Part shown: one piece after another, positions 9,342 to 19,812 of the stretch | Layout: each line of letters begins with the position of its first letter | How positions within the stretch are numbered: the first letter of the stretch is position 1 | Assembly (NCBI GenBank): GCA_035937535.1 | Contig: DASZHV010000002.1 | Coordinates: 31,639-95,638 of the forward strand | Direction: 5' to 3' | DNA length: 64,000 bases | DNA from: Puia sp. | Lineage (GTDB): Bacteria > Bacteroidota > Bacteroidia > Chitinophagales > Chitinophagaceae | The notes under the pieces: generated by a model | Database searches by the model: none | Told to the model about the DNA's origin: nothing | What the model saw: only the letters and a program-made list of their open reading frames with translations | Translations under genes and position numbers: made by a program

Positions 9342-10499
9342 CTAAATATAAATGCTGCGTTCCTGGTCCACCTCTTCCCTAATCTTATGAATTGCATAAT
9401 CCAATTCTTCTTTAGTAGTGAATCTTCCCAGGCTGAAACGAATGGAACTATGAGCTTCTTCTTCAGTTAACCCCATTGCTATTAAAACATGGCTTGGTTC
9501 TGGTGACGCAGAGCTGCAGGCAGAACCTGATGATACTGCGATATCTTTGTTCATATGGATCATCAGGTCGCTTGCACGACAATTTGCAAAGCGAAGATTA
9601 GTAACCTGTGGCAGCCGGTTTATTTCCGGACCGTTTCGAAAACATCCTTTTAATTTGAGCAGGGATTCTTCAAGGTAATTCCTTAAGGATGCAATAGAAT
9701 TGCTTTCAACGGACAGGTTATCCTGAGAAAGTTCGCAAGCCTTGCCAAGGCCTACGATACCCGGCACATTAAGAGTTCCACTTCTCATACCCATTTCGTG
9801 ACTGCCACCATTGATTTGTGCCGCAAGCCGCACCCTTGGGTTTTTTCGTCGCACATATAGCACACCCACTCCTTTGGGACCATAAAGTTTATGTGCACTT
9901 AAAGCCATCAGATCGATCCCATCCTGCTGGACATTGACAGGCAGCTTGCCAATTGCCTGTGTTGCATCCGTGAAAAAAATGATATGATGTTTTTTTGCTA
10001 TGGCGCCGATTTCCCTGATAGGTTGTACGACGCCAGTTTCGTTATTAGCATACATCACGGCAATCAGGATGGTCTGGTCAGTGATTGCTGATTCAAGTTC
10101 TTCGGAATTGATGAAGCCGTCCCTGTTTACTTTCATATAACTGATCCGGGCTCCTCTTTTTTCCAACTGGATACAAGTGTCTAAAACAGCTTTATGTTCA
10201 GTTTCAACTGTAATAATATGATTCCCTCGGGTGCCATACATCTCAAAAACTCCTTTTATCGCCAGATTATCACTTTCTGTTGCTCCCGAGGTAAAAATAA
10301 TTTCTTTGGGATCTGCTCCTATCAATGAAGCAATCTGTTCGCGGCTGATTTTCACAGCCTCTTCTGCTTCCCACCCATACTGGTGGCTGGTACTTGCAGC
10401 ATTTCCAAATTTTTCAGTAAACCATGGAAGCATAACCCCGAGTACCCTCGGATCGCAGGGAGTAGTTGCATTGTTATCAAGATAAACTGGAAGTTTCAC
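9342..10499 (-). CDS. iscS: Cysteine desulfurase (IscS/NifS group I)
   Basis: YLDNNATT, FTSGATESDN, SAHKLYGPKG (PLP Lys), SSGSACSS (catalytic Cys); GTG start. Confidence 0.93.
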   Translation of the reverse strand: MKLPVYLDNNATTPCDPRVLGVMLPWFTEKFGNAASTSHQYGWEAEEAVKISREQIASLIGADPKEIIFTSGATESDNLAIKGVFEMYGTRGNHIITVETEHKAVLDTCIQLEKRGARISYMKVNRDGFINSEELESAITDQTILIAVMYANNETGVVQPIREIGAIAKKHHIIFFTDATQAIGKLPVNVQQDGIDLMALSAHKLYGPKGVGVLYVRRKNPRVRLAAQINGGSHEMGMRSGTLNVPGIVGLGKACELSQDNLSVESNSIASLRNYLEESLLKLKGCFRNGPEINRLPQVTNLRFANCRASDLMIHMNKDIAVSSGSACSSASPEPSHVLIAMGLTEEEAHSSIRFSLGRFTTKEELDYAIHKIREEVDQERSIYI

Positions 10500-10607
10500 A
10501 GACCCGGGATAATTTGATAATAAAATTAGGAAGGATTTGTAATACGAGCTTATTTAGTTATTTTATTCAATAAAATCATTTAACTTTTTGTGACCAAATG
10601 CTAAGTA

Positions 10608-13061
10608 ATGCTCAGAAATTATATAAAAATTGCCTGGCGAAACTTTCTTAAGTACCGCACATTCAGCATAATCAATATTATCGGGTTATCTTTTTCTGTC
10701 GCGTTTTGCCTGTTGTTATTTTTTTATATCCGCAAAGAACAGTCCTACGATACTTTCTCTGAAAATAAAGACAGGCTGTTCAGATTTGAAAGCACCAATT
10801 TTTGGAGTTCCCCTGAAAGCAAACCAGCAAACCAACTTTTTAGCTTTCTTACAAAAGATGATAAGACCGACAATATCCTGACAACTTCTCTGATCATAGG
10901 CAGAGATATACAACAAAATTTCCCCGAAGTAAAAGGTATAGTACGTTTTCAAGACCAGGGCAACGGTCTTATCAAATTGAATAAAGAAGTTTATAAGGCT
11001 GGTCATATCGTATATGCAGATGATAATTTTTTTAAGACTTTCTCTTTCCCGATCATAAAAGGAAACAAGGAAGCTTTGAAATCGTCCATTAAAAACGTTG
11101 TCATATCCGAAAATACAGCAAAGATATATTTTAGCAATTCAGATCCCATCGGCAAAACAATTGGCCTCGTCAGCGACAGCACAAGTCTTTTTACCATTGC
11201 AGCAGTTGCTGAAAATCCTCCGGATAATTCAAGCATCGTATATGATGTTGTAATTCCTCTTCAGTCCGATCCGGGATACGCTGAAAATATAAAGCAGGGC
11301 TTTAATCAAAGCTCCCATTTATTGTTTATTGAGTTGAAAGAAGGAGTTTCAATGGCTTCCTTCTCAGATAAATTAAATCTCTGGGCAAAAAAATATTATG
11401 TTGAGCCTTTTGTTTCTACTTATGGTTCATTTCTAAAAGATTTTGATTTCAAAAACTACCGATGGCATTTACGACCCATGGCTGATTGCCATTATAATTT
11501 GTCCGGACCCTGGGGGCATTATACGGATGCGAAGAATATATATCAGCTTGCCTGCCTCGTAATCATTATTTTGCTGATCGCCTCATTGAATTATGTGCTG
11601 CTCGTGATCTCCAATGCTTCTGCACGATCCCAGGAAGTCGGTGTAAGAAAAGTAATGGGTGCCAACAGGAAATCTATTATTATGCAATTTTGGGTAGAAA
11701 CCCAGATCATTATTTCTATATCGGTGATCATCGGATTAATTTTGACCCTTTTTCTTCTTCCATTGTTTGATAATATTATCGGAAATGACCTTCGTATCGA
11801 TAATATTAACTGGAAAGACATCATTCCAGCTGTTATGATTCTAAGTTTCTCACTGGGTATTCTGGCAGGTTATTATCCGGCACTGATTATTTCAAAAATG
11901 AAGCCCGTATCCATCCTTAAAAGTTTCAGGACTTTTAAAATTAATCCCTATTTTTCAAAGGTGCTGGTTGTATTGCAATACACAGGATCTGTGGTACTAA
12001 TGATATCTGCCTTCATCATTACCCGGCAGATGCGCTTTATAAACAATAAAGATCTGGGGTTTGACAAGGAGCAAGTGCTTATAGTTTCTAACCCTGTCTG
12101 GAATATGGATTTTACTAAACATGCGAGAGAACAACTGGGAAATTTTGCCAGATCACAACCTTATATTTCATATTTCTCTGGAATGAATGGCGGTCTGAAT
12201 GGTGCAAATAATATGAACGGTTTTAAGTTAAACGGGGAACAAAAATGGAGAAAACAATTGTCGGTCGATTATGATTATTTTGAAATGCTCGGCATCCATT
12301 TTTTACAGGGCAGATCTTTTTCCAGGACTTTTTCAACCGACAGTTCCAGGAAAAAACGTCCGGCCGTAATCAACGAGTCTTTATTAACATTACTGGGCGA
12401 TAAAGCGAAAGTTGGCGAATATTGCGAACCCATTGATGCTACCATTATTGGTGTTGTACAGGATTATAATTTTGAGACGCTATCAAAAAAAATCGAACCT
12501 GAAGAACATGTTCTCGGACTGAATTATGAAAGTTCCTTTATGTTCAAAATAAAAGCCGGACAAATTCCAACAGCGATTTCTGGTATCGGAAAAGAATGGA
12601 AAAGTTTCACAAACTATCCATTCGAGTACACGTTTCTGGATGATACCATTAATAAAATGTACGAATCAGATAAAAGATGGGAGAAAACAATTCAGTTCTC
12701 CTGCTTTTTTGCCATTTTCATTGCATGTATGGGTTTGTTTGGTCTTTCTGCTATCAATGCAATAAACCGTACCAAGGAAATCGGAATTCGCAAAGTGCTT
12801 GGAGCTAGTGTGAGAAATATTGCCGTCACACTTTCATCAGGATTTATGAAGATGGTAATTATCGCTATAATCATCGCCACGCCGCTTTCCTATTGGATCA
12901 TGAGCAAATGGCTGGACGATTTTGCATACAGAATAGACCTCAGCTGGTGGATGTTTGTCGTAGTTGGTGCAATTGCGTTTATAATTGCGTTGGCAACTAC
13001 AAGTTTTCAAACCATCAAGGCAGCTGTTGTTAATCCGGTGGAAAGTCTGCGGGCAGAATAA
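10608..13061 (+). CDS. ABC transporter permease (MacB/FtsX-like, duplicated domains)
   Basis: MLRNYIKIAWRN start; QEVGVRKVMGA and KEIGIRKVLGAS; ends NPVESLRAE. Confidence 0.93.
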   Translation: MLRNYIKIAWRNFLKYRTFSIINIIGLSFSVAFCLLLFFYIRKEQSYDTFSENKDRLFRFESTNFWSSPESKPANQLFSFLTKDDKTDNILTTSLIIGRDIQQNFPEVKGIVRFQDQGNGLIKLNKEVYKAGHIVYADDNFFKTFSFPIIKGNKEALKSSIKNVVISENTAKIYFSNSDPIGKTIGLVSDSTSLFTIAAVAENPPDNSSIVYDVVIPLQSDPGYAENIKQGFNQSSHLLFIELKEGVSMASFSDKLNLWAKKYYVEPFVSTYGSFLKDFDFKNYRWHLRPMADCHYNLSGPWGHYTDAKNIYQLACLVIIILLIASLNYVLLVISNASARSQEVGVRKVMGANRKSIIMQFWVETQIIISISVIIGLILTLFLLPLFDNIIGNDLRIDNINWKDIIPAVMILSFSLGILAGYYPALIISKMKPVSILKSFRTFKINPYFSKVLVVLQYTGSVVLMISAFIITRQMRFINNKDLGFDKEQVLIVSNPVWNMDFTKHAREQLGNFARSQPYISYFSGMNGGLNGANNMNGFKLNGEQKWRKQLSVDYDYFEMLGIHFLQGRSFSRTFSTDSSRKKRPAVINESLLTLLGDKAKVGEYCEPIDATIIGVVQDYNFETLSKKIEPEEHVLGLNYESSFMFKIKAGQIPTAISGIGKEWKSFTNYPFEYTFLDDTINKMYESDKRWEKTIQFSCFFAIFIACMGLFGLSAINAINRTKEIGIRKVLGASVRNIAVTLSSGFMKMVIIAIIIATPLSYWIMSKWLDDFAYRIDLSWWMFVVVGAIAFIIALATTSFQTIKAAVVNPVESLRAE

Positions 13062-13065
13062 TCAG

Positions 13066-14505
13066 TTAGATATCCAGACTCCATCCCGATCTGTATGTTC
13101 GTTTCACAAATTGATTCGCGTCTTCAAAATTCGTAATGCGCATTTCAGGCCCGTTCCATAGCAATTTAATATTGCGGCCTGGAAATTCGGTATCATTCCC
13201 ATTTTTCTTCTGGATATTGGTACTCCTGATCGCCAGATTACCCATCAGCACAGATTCAGTAAGCGGACCTGCGATATCAAAATTGGAACTTAAATTTTTT
13301 GCCTTCTCGCTTCCGTAACCCGCCATACATGCTTCTATCCATGCACCATAGTGACCCTCGTCTCCGCCAGGTACCCGCATGAGTGTTTGCGGAGTTTTAT
13401 CAGACTGAGTTTTACTGGTTGGCAAAAGTTGGGGATTTACACCATAGGTGCCACACATCATTTTACCCTTTGTACCTAAAAATATCGCACCATTTCCTCC
13501 ATCTCCCATAAGTTCATTGGATCCCAGCTCAACAGGTCTGGTTGGTTGAATTCCACCATCCATCCAATGCAATTCAACATTTGGTTTGCCATTTTTGCCT
13601 TCAAATATCAATGTGATATGGGATGATATTGGCCCGCTGTCCGGTGCATATTCTGAATGCCAGTTTTCAACATATCGCGTTGCCACACTGCACTCAGCGG
13701 AAACAGGATACCCTAATCCAAGTACTGCAAAAGCCGGCGCCATGATATGACATGCCATATCACCCAGGGCCCCCGTCCCATAATCCCACCATCCCCTCCA
13801 GTTGAAAGGTAGCATGCCATCGAAATAAACCTTTTCAGGAGCTGTGCCCAGCCATAGGTTATAATCAAGTGTGGACGGAATATTTGATGCAGTTGTTGGA
13901 CGCCTGAGTCCCTGCGGCCAGATGGGTCTGTCTGTATAACAAAATATGGTAGTAACATCTCCGATTAATCCTACCTGGTACCATTCAATCAATCTTCTTA
14001 CACCATCACCCGATGCACCCTGGTTTCCCATTTGTGTAACCACCTTATATTTATGAGCCGCCTCTGTAAGCATCCTTGCTTCATAAATATCGTGTGTAAG
14101 AGGTTTTTGTACATATACATGCTTGTGCATTTGCATGGCTGCCATGGCAGCAACTGCATGCATATGATCCGGGGTCGAAACAGAAACGGCATCTATGCTT
14201 TTGGATTCCTTTGAAAGCATCTCGCGGTAATCCTTATAATATTTTGCCTGCGGAAATTTTTTACGTGTATCTGCAGCACTTACATCATCCACATCACATA
14301 AAAAAGCGATATTGGCTTTCCCACTTTTATCAAAATGATCTATGTCGTCGGCTCCTTTTCCTCCTACACCGATACTTGCAATGGTTATTTTATCACTGGG
14401 CGCTATAAAACCCCTGCCTAAAACATGCCTTGGAATAATATAAAAGCCTGCTGAAGCGAGCACACTATTTTTTAAGAACCAGCGGCGGGAATTTTGCTTT
14501 GACAT
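13066..14505 (-). CDS. Gfo/Idh/MocA oxidoreductase with Tat signal
   Basis: SRRWFLK twin-arginine; IGVGGKG; STPDHMH; HVYVQKPL; GALGDMACH. Confidence 0.92.
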   Translation of the reverse strand: MSKQNSRRWFLKNSVLASAGFYIIPRHVLGRGFIAPSDKITIASIGVGGKGADDIDHFDKSGKANIAFLCDVDDVSAADTRKKFPQAKYYKDYREMLSKESKSIDAVSVSTPDHMHAVAAMAAMQMHKHVYVQKPLTHDIYEARMLTEAAHKYKVVTQMGNQGASGDGVRRLIEWYQVGLIGDVTTIFCYTDRPIWPQGLRRPTTASNIPSTLDYNLWLGTAPEKVYFDGMLPFNWRGWWDYGTGALGDMACHIMAPAFAVLGLGYPVSAECSVATRYVENWHSEYAPDSGPISSHITLIFEGKNGKPNVELHWMDGGIQPTRPVELGSNELMGDGGNGAIFLGTKGKMMCGTYGVNPQLLPTSKTQSDKTPQTLMRVPGGDEGHYGAWIEACMAGYGSEKAKNLSSNFDIAGPLTESVLMGNLAIRSTNIQKKNGNDTEFPGRNIKLLWNGPEMRITNFEDANQFVKRTYRSGWSLDI

Positions 14506-14777
14506 ATTATCAATGATAATTTAAATAAATCATGGTACATCCCAAAGTTCCGTAAATATTATGAATGAAGCCTTTACTGATTTTCTCAAAATTATCGAAG
14601 AGCTTGGCCCTGAAGCGCAAAAGGAATCATCTCCGATTCAGGCCTAAAATAAAAATTTCCCTTTGAACCAATTCCTGGTAATGAAAGATTTTAACAATAC
14701 ATGTAGCAGCCATTCTCCTGCAATGCCTGTCATATCTCCGTTAATACCTGTAAACTACACTTAAAAGACGGTCAAGC

Positions 14778-15350
14778 ATGAGAAAATATATATGCATCTC
14801 ACTTACTTGCTTAATATTTTCAAAGATAACAACCGCCCAGGTTGGTCAGATATACAAACCTTTTAAAGTAGATATTGGCATAGGGACAATTATACAGTCC
14901 GCTAAATTAAACGGCCTCCTTTTTTATATGGAACCCAGTTACACTTTCGCAGGAAAGTTTAAAACCGGAATCAGGTTTGAGCAGGCCGTGCTAAGCATGA
15001 AAAATATTGGATCCTCCGCATTGACTTTTGATTATTATATCTTAAATAAAAATAGCTTTCGCGTATTTGCTGGTGGTGGTTACAGTTATTACAACACCGC
15101 ATCTTCCGGTGGTTGCGATCCTGGACCTACTACCACACAAATTATCAGGAGTACTAAAAACTCAGGGGGACTTGTAAGAATAGGATTCGATTTAAATCAT
15201 TTTCATTTGGGTCTCGAATATAACTTCGTTCCTTCAACGTATGTTAATGCAATCGGAAATGATGCTCAAAATTCTCCAATGGTTATCTACAAAAACAATT
15301 ATTTCGCACTGAAAATAGGAGTCATTATTAGGGGAAGTAGGAAAAAGTGA
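14778..15350 (+). CDS. Outer-membrane beta-barrel protein
   Basis: Signal peptide; alternating amphipathic strands (FKVDIGIG, YMEPSY, FHLGLEYNFV, YFALKIGVII). Confidence 0.75.
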   Translation: MRKYICISLTCLIFSKITTAQVGQIYKPFKVDIGIGTIIQSAKLNGLLFYMEPSYTFAGKFKTGIRFEQAVLSMKNIGSSALTFDYYILNKNSFRVFAGGGYSYYNTASSGGCDPGPTTTQIIRSTKNSGGLVRIGFDLNHFHLGLEYNFVPSTYVNAIGNDAQNSPMVIYKNNYFALKIGVIIRGSRKK

Positions 15351-15389
15351 TATTGAAAATATTCTGAATTTCTTTAGATCCTTGCTCTA

Positions 15390-16229
15390 ATGAGACAACA
15401 CCAGTTCATTACATTTTTTATCATATTACTATTTTGCAGCTGTCTGGCTCACAGACAGGGAATGTATCTAAGCCCGATGGATTCTCAAACCATACCTTAT
15501 CATACAATTCCATTAAAATCGGATTCCCTGAAGAGTGCTTTTTATGGAAGTTTAATATATTCAACCGGAACTGCCAATGATCAAGGTCAGGACTGGGTTC
15601 GTGCTGGTCAGGCAAGCATTTACCGGAGTCACAATCTGGGTAATGTCCAGGCATACTATGGAGGCAATGTTACTCTTGGCACTTACGGGTTGTCCGATTT
15701 TTATAATTCGCATTATAAACACAGAGGAGGCTGGTCAACATCAGGGTGGGGTATTCCCATTGATACATTCTATCATATCCCCGGCAGGAAGTATTCCATT
15801 GGAAGCTATGGAATTTCGGCCGGTATTAATGGGGTGAAAACTTTACGTCATTTAGAATGGAGATACCTGGGTTTCGAAACTTCTTTGCAAAAAGAATTTG
15901 GAGATTATTATGAATTCAGAAAAAATCTGGTGGATACTGCCGCCAATATCATATTCAAAAATAATCTTACCGGAACAATCGGGATTTATACAGAATCCCT
16001 TTGGAGAAATCGATATGGGACGCAATATGGATTGAAGTTCTCCATGAATATGCTGGTCAACCCTAAATCTGAATATACCATGCAGAATACTTATGGTATT
16101 TTCCCTATTTCTTATTTTTCAATGACTTTTCATATTACTACAAAACAATTCACAGGGTTTATGCAGGGAAATTTTGGAACAAAGGCAGCCAGTTTTCAAA
16201 TTGGCACGAGTTACAGAATTGGTAAATGA
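15390..16229 (+). CDS. Hypothetical lipoprotein, possibly beta-barrel
   Basis: Lipobox FCSC; aromatic beta-rich sequence ending FQIGTSYRIGK. Confidence 0.7.
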   Translation: MRQHQFITFFIILLFCSCLAHRQGMYLSPMDSQTIPYHTIPLKSDSLKSAFYGSLIYSTGTANDQGQDWVRAGQASIYRSHNLGNVQAYYGGNVTLGTYGLSDFYNSHYKHRGGWSTSGWGIPIDTFYHIPGRKYSIGSYGISAGINGVKTLRHLEWRYLGFETSLQKEFGDYYEFRKNLVDTAANIIFKNNLTGTIGIYTESLWRNRYGTQYGLKFSMNMLVNPKSEYTMQNTYGIFPISYFSMTFHITTKQFTGFMQGNFGTKAASFQIGTSYRIGK

Positions 16230-16357
16230 AACTTTTAGTTTATAATAAAGGATAATTTACTTTTGGAGATCCGGAATTCCTTCATCTTTGTTGCAACTGA
16301 ATAACGTCCAACAGCATTTCAATTGATAAACCGTTATGTATTTCCCACCCAGTAGAT

Positions 16358-17806
16358 ATGTCAAAACGAAACATTCCTTGCCTGCAAATAATTCTAGTAG
16401 TATTTGGAATTTTATTCATGGTTTATTGCAGGAAAACAAATTCCCAACAGAACCTTCAACCTCTTCCACCAGCCCAGGGTATACCCGTCAATGTAACAAT
16501 TGATCCGGAACATCCTTCTTTTACCATTGCATCAAATTATCTGGGACTCAGTTTTGAAATGACGGCAATTACTGACAGCAATTATTTTAATCCCGACAAT
16601 CCAACTTTTGTACATTTAATAAAAAATCTGGGTACGGGAATTTTTCGAATTGGCGCCAACGGTGTTGATAAAACGTTCTGGACCGGAAAACCACGACAGG
16701 TTTCAACTCCTGTTGATTCTATTAGTACGACGGATATTGACAGATTCAGTCGTTTCATCAAGACCATTCAATGGAAAACGATTTTTGGACTGAATATGGG
16801 CGGCAATTTTAATCCGGCAATAACTGCAGATGAAGCAAGTTATGTATCCAAGGATTTATCCGGGTTACTTCAGAGTTTTGAAGTAGGTAATGAAGCAGAT
16901 CTTTACCCGGGAAACGGGTATCGTAATCCCGGTTATTCTGAAACTGATTTTGATGGTGAATGGCAACAATATTATAATGCGGTTGAATCAGCAACGCCCA
17001 ATACAGTTTTCTCAGGCCCAGCGTTTGCATACAATCAGACATGGCTGTATAATTTTGCCAGACAGGAAAGCAGTCATATAAATGAATTGACCATTCACTA
17101 TTATCAGGCAGGGCCTGGCACGGATCCTTCCATCAATCTTAATACTTTACTTGCGCCGAAAGCAGACAGTGCCATGGATAAATTTGGAAATGCCGTATAT
17201 GCTATAGCCCTAAGTGTGCAAACTCCTTACAGGGTAGCAGAATGCAATTCGATATATGGCGGTGGAAAAACAAATGTGAGTAATACATTCGGAGCTTCTT
17301 TATGGGCCATCGATTTTATGTGGAGGCTTGCTTATATGGGTTGTTCAGGTATTAATTTTCATGGAGGCGGTAATGGTCCTTATTCGCCTATTAGTGATTC
17401 AGCCGGAATCTTTTTTGCAAAGCCAGAATATTACTCCATGTTATTCTTTAAGAACGGAGCACAGGGAAGGGTGCTGCCATGCAATGTAAATGCAGGGACC
17501 GAAAATGTTACAGCTTATGCAAGTAAAACAGCCGATGGAACAATTTATGTTAGCATTTTGAATAAGGAACCGCAAACAGATGTTGCTGTTACACTTCAAA
17601 CGGGAGTTTCTGCACGCTCGGTTACATTGAATTCGCTGACTGCTTCAAATCTGAATGCAACCAGCGGTCTGGTTCTTCAGGGATATACATTGAATCCTGA
17701 TGGCAGTATTATGACTTCATCCTTACAATCATATACGGCAGGTGAGTCCGGGATTACGGTGAATATTCCCGCGTCAAGTGCTATGCTTGTGATTATTCAT
17801 CCTTAG
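16358..17806 (+). CDS. Glycoside hydrolase family 79 (beta-glucuronidase/heparanase-like) lipoprotein
   Basis: LGLSFE, FRIGANGVD, EVGNEADLY (acid/base), RVAECNSIYGGG (nucleophile), VSNTFGASLW, GINFHGG. Confidence 0.88.
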   Translation: MSKRNIPCLQIILVVFGILFMVYCRKTNSQQNLQPLPPAQGIPVNVTIDPEHPSFTIASNYLGLSFEMTAITDSNYFNPDNPTFVHLIKNLGTGIFRIGANGVDKTFWTGKPRQVSTPVDSISTTDIDRFSRFIKTIQWKTIFGLNMGGNFNPAITADEASYVSKDLSGLLQSFEVGNEADLYPGNGYRNPGYSETDFDGEWQQYYNAVESATPNTVFSGPAFAYNQTWLYNFARQESSHINELTIHYYQAGPGTDPSINLNTLLAPKADSAMDKFGNAVYAIALSVQTPYRVAECNSIYGGGKTNVSNTFGASLWAIDFMWRLAYMGCSGINFHGGGNGPYSPISDSAGIFFAKPEYYSMLFFKNGAQGRVLPCNVNAGTENVTAYASKTADGTIYVSILNKEPQTDVAVTLQTGVSARSVTLNSLTASNLNATSGLVLQGYTLNPDGSIMTSSLQSYTAGESGITVNIPASSAMLVIIHP

Positions 17807-17899
17807 TTATTCATAATCCGCCGTCTTTCGCTAAAATTAAAGAAAGCAAAAATGGAGATTGGTATAACCCAATCAATATGCAGTTGTTTTAAGGCTTTA

Positions 17900-18163
17900 T
17901 TTCGTAGTCGCACCGGAGCCTCCGAAAGATTTTTTCCAGATCACCACTTCAGTTGAAACTTATATTTCCGGCATATTCCTTTTAGCGTTCTTTCGGGGTT
18001 CTTTCAGGTTTCTTGCGGAATTCCGCAATATACCTAGGAGAAACCTGAAAGAAACCTGAAATGAAAATGTCAGGATAGCATACCAAATATGGATTCAGGC
18101 CAATCAATCAATTCAAAACCATTAAAAAATAAATCCTTCGTAGCCTCCGGTGTGACTACGAAA
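17900..18163. repeat. Nested inverted-repeat element (REP-doublet or MITE-like)
   Basis: 33-bp arms 17900-17932 and 18131-18163 are inverted copies (29/33 by my alignment). Internal inverted arms 17991-18012 and 18040-18061; 16-bp perfect palindrome 18013-18028. Confidence 0.8.
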
Positions 18164-18246
18164 GAAATGTTAAGGATGATGGTATGTTTGTCTATGTGTC
18201 GTCATAAGGCATGCGATTTGCCTTTTAATAATTATAAACATTTTTT

Positions 18247-18567
18247 ATGAAAAAGTTAATGATTCTATGCATTGTAAGTGCATTCTGCTATAGTGCTCTC
18301 AGCCAAGGTAGTATGGTAAAAAAGTCTGATACGAACATGTCATTTACAAATAAAATGGAAAAGGAATATGTAATGATGAAAGATGGTTTGGCATTACATG
18401 TAAAAAATGGCAATACAACGACACTTAGTAGTCCATTTAAATTAAACAATGGAGGCCTTGTCATGCCTAATGGAACTATACAATTGTCGGACGGGACTAC
18501 TAAAAAGCTTAAGGAAGGAGAGTATATCGATATAGATGGACAAATGGGTAAGACTAAAAATAAATGA
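18247..18567 (+). CDS. Small secreted DUF6799-like protein
   Basis: Signal peptide; VMMKDG...VMPNGTIQLSDGTTKKLKEGEYIDIDG. Confidence 0.8.
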   Translation: MKKLMILCIVSAFCYSALSQGSMVKKSDTNMSFTNKMEKEYVMMKDGLALHVKNGNTTTLSSPFKLNNGGLVMPNGTIQLSDGTTKKLKEGEYIDIDGQMGKTKNK

Positions 18568-18639
18568 TGAGGAGGGAAATTTTACCTTATCCAAAAAGTT
18601 CTTCTTTTCACTACACAATAGGTAATATTTTTATCATAT

Positions 18640-18677
18640 AAAATCCTAAACCAATTTGGAAATTGGTTTAGGATTTT
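18640..18677. terminator. Bidirectional intrinsic terminator
   Basis: 17-bp perfect stem AAAATCCTAAACCAATT/AATTGGTTTAGGATTTT between convergent genes. Confidence 0.8.
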
Positions 18678-18698
18678 CAAAAAGAGAAATTGAGACGG

Positions 18699-19238
18699 TT
18701 AAAATGAGGAGTAAGTGAATTTTTGTCCACCTATTGAAGCCTCCAGCATCAGGCCACTTATTTCCTGGGTATAAACTGCTACCCCTTCCCTGTATTTTAC
18801 GTTGGTCGATGCGCCGGATTTGACAGCAACTGCAGAAGCCTGTCCGCTAAATTCAATTTTGTTTTCTTTAAACCGATTAAATGCATCTTTGTTTTCAAAG
18901 AAGATGACTTCCCTGTATGCCTGTCCACCTACCTGCGCCCCTACGTCTACCTGTACCATCTTTGCGGTGCCGATCGCTTTGCCTTTTTCATATAATGCTC
19001 CTCCACCGCCTGCTCCACCCACTATAACTCCACCCTTTCCCACATCCGGGAAGATGGCATATCCATAAGCATTGATGAAGAGGTTGCTCATAGAGGCGTC
19101 AGTTTTTATAAATGTTGCTTTTGCATTTTTGCAATCGATTAAGATTTTTTCCTTATCATCCTGCGCTTTAATTAAGCGTGGTAAGAATAATAAGGCTAAT
19201 ACAACTGATGCCAGCGTTATGATTTTGTTCTTTTTCAT
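18699..19238 (-). CDS. Ysc84/SYLF lipid-binding domain protein (secreted)
   Basis: AYGYAIFPDVGKGGVIVGGAGGGG; GAQVGGQAY; GLMLEASIGGQKF. Confidence 0.88.
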   Translation of the reverse strand: MKKNKIITLASVVLALLFLPRLIKAQDDKEKILIDCKNAKATFIKTDASMSNLFINAYGYAIFPDVGKGGVIVGGAGGGGALYEKGKAIGTAKMVQVDVGAQVGGQAYREVIFFENKDAFNRFKENKIEFSGQASAVAVKSGASTNVKYREGVAVYTQEISGLMLEASIGGQKFTYSSF

Positions 19239-19413
19239 AATTGTAATTTTAATACTTGGAATTATTTAATACAATTATGTTCTTCAAAAAATTTGCCATC
19301 CTGAATGACTGTGTATTTTTTTACCCAGATTTGACAGCCGGTCCGACATCAAGCGTTAAAGAAGATAACGTTAAATAAGCCACTACTTGCGGGAATAAGA
19401 ATTGCAATAAATA

Positions 19414-19656
19414 GTGACAAGCCTTTTAGTAATGAGGCCATATATTCAACCCCTCTCAGAACTGAGTGAACAGCGACAGGTTACCATTTGCGAGGGGAAA
19501 TTATTTTTAGTTGATCATGGGAATTTTATTTTGTTAACCAGCCCGATCGTTTTTAAAAATGGAATCGTTATTAGCATAGATGGAATTATGAATATGCCGG
19601 ATGGTAAAACAAGAAAGCTCGGGGAAGGAGAGTATGTATCAACGTTTAGTTTATAA
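19414..19656 (+). CDS. DUF6799-like small protein without signal peptide
   Basis: NGIVISIDGIMNMPDGKTRKLGEGEYV is similar to the 18247 protein; start uncertain (GTG 19414 or ATG 19432). Confidence 0.6.
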   Translation: MTSLLVMRPYIQPLSELSEQRQVTICEGKLFLVDHGNFILLTSPIVFKNGIVISIDGIMNMPDGKTRKLGEGEYVSTFSL

Positions 19657-19771
19657 AAATGGTGACCCTTGTGGAACAAAGTAGGATTGAGCGACATGAA
19701 AAAGGGGAAATAAATTGCAGTTATGGCTTTATTAATTTATCTGATAAAGCGGGGAGCAAGCAACAAATAAA

Positions 19772-19812
19772 TTATAAAGCCTGTCCCGGCTTAGCTGAGA
19801 TGGGCTTTATAA
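19772..19812 (-). terminator. Probable ssrA terminator hairpin
   Basis: TTATAAAGCC...GGCTTTATAA stem about 50 nt downstream of the tmRNA 3' end. Confidence 0.6.

Noticed and set aside
9342-10499. Fe-S assembly (isc/suf) cluster
   Set aside because: iscS stands alone with no scaffold or chaperone genes nearby; stand-alone desulfurases are common.
14561-14647. 28-aa intergenic ORF MNEAFTDFLKIIEELGPEAQKESSPIQA
   Set aside because: Amphipathic-looking, but no clear promoter, terminator or known homologue; cannot be supported without Ribo-seq.
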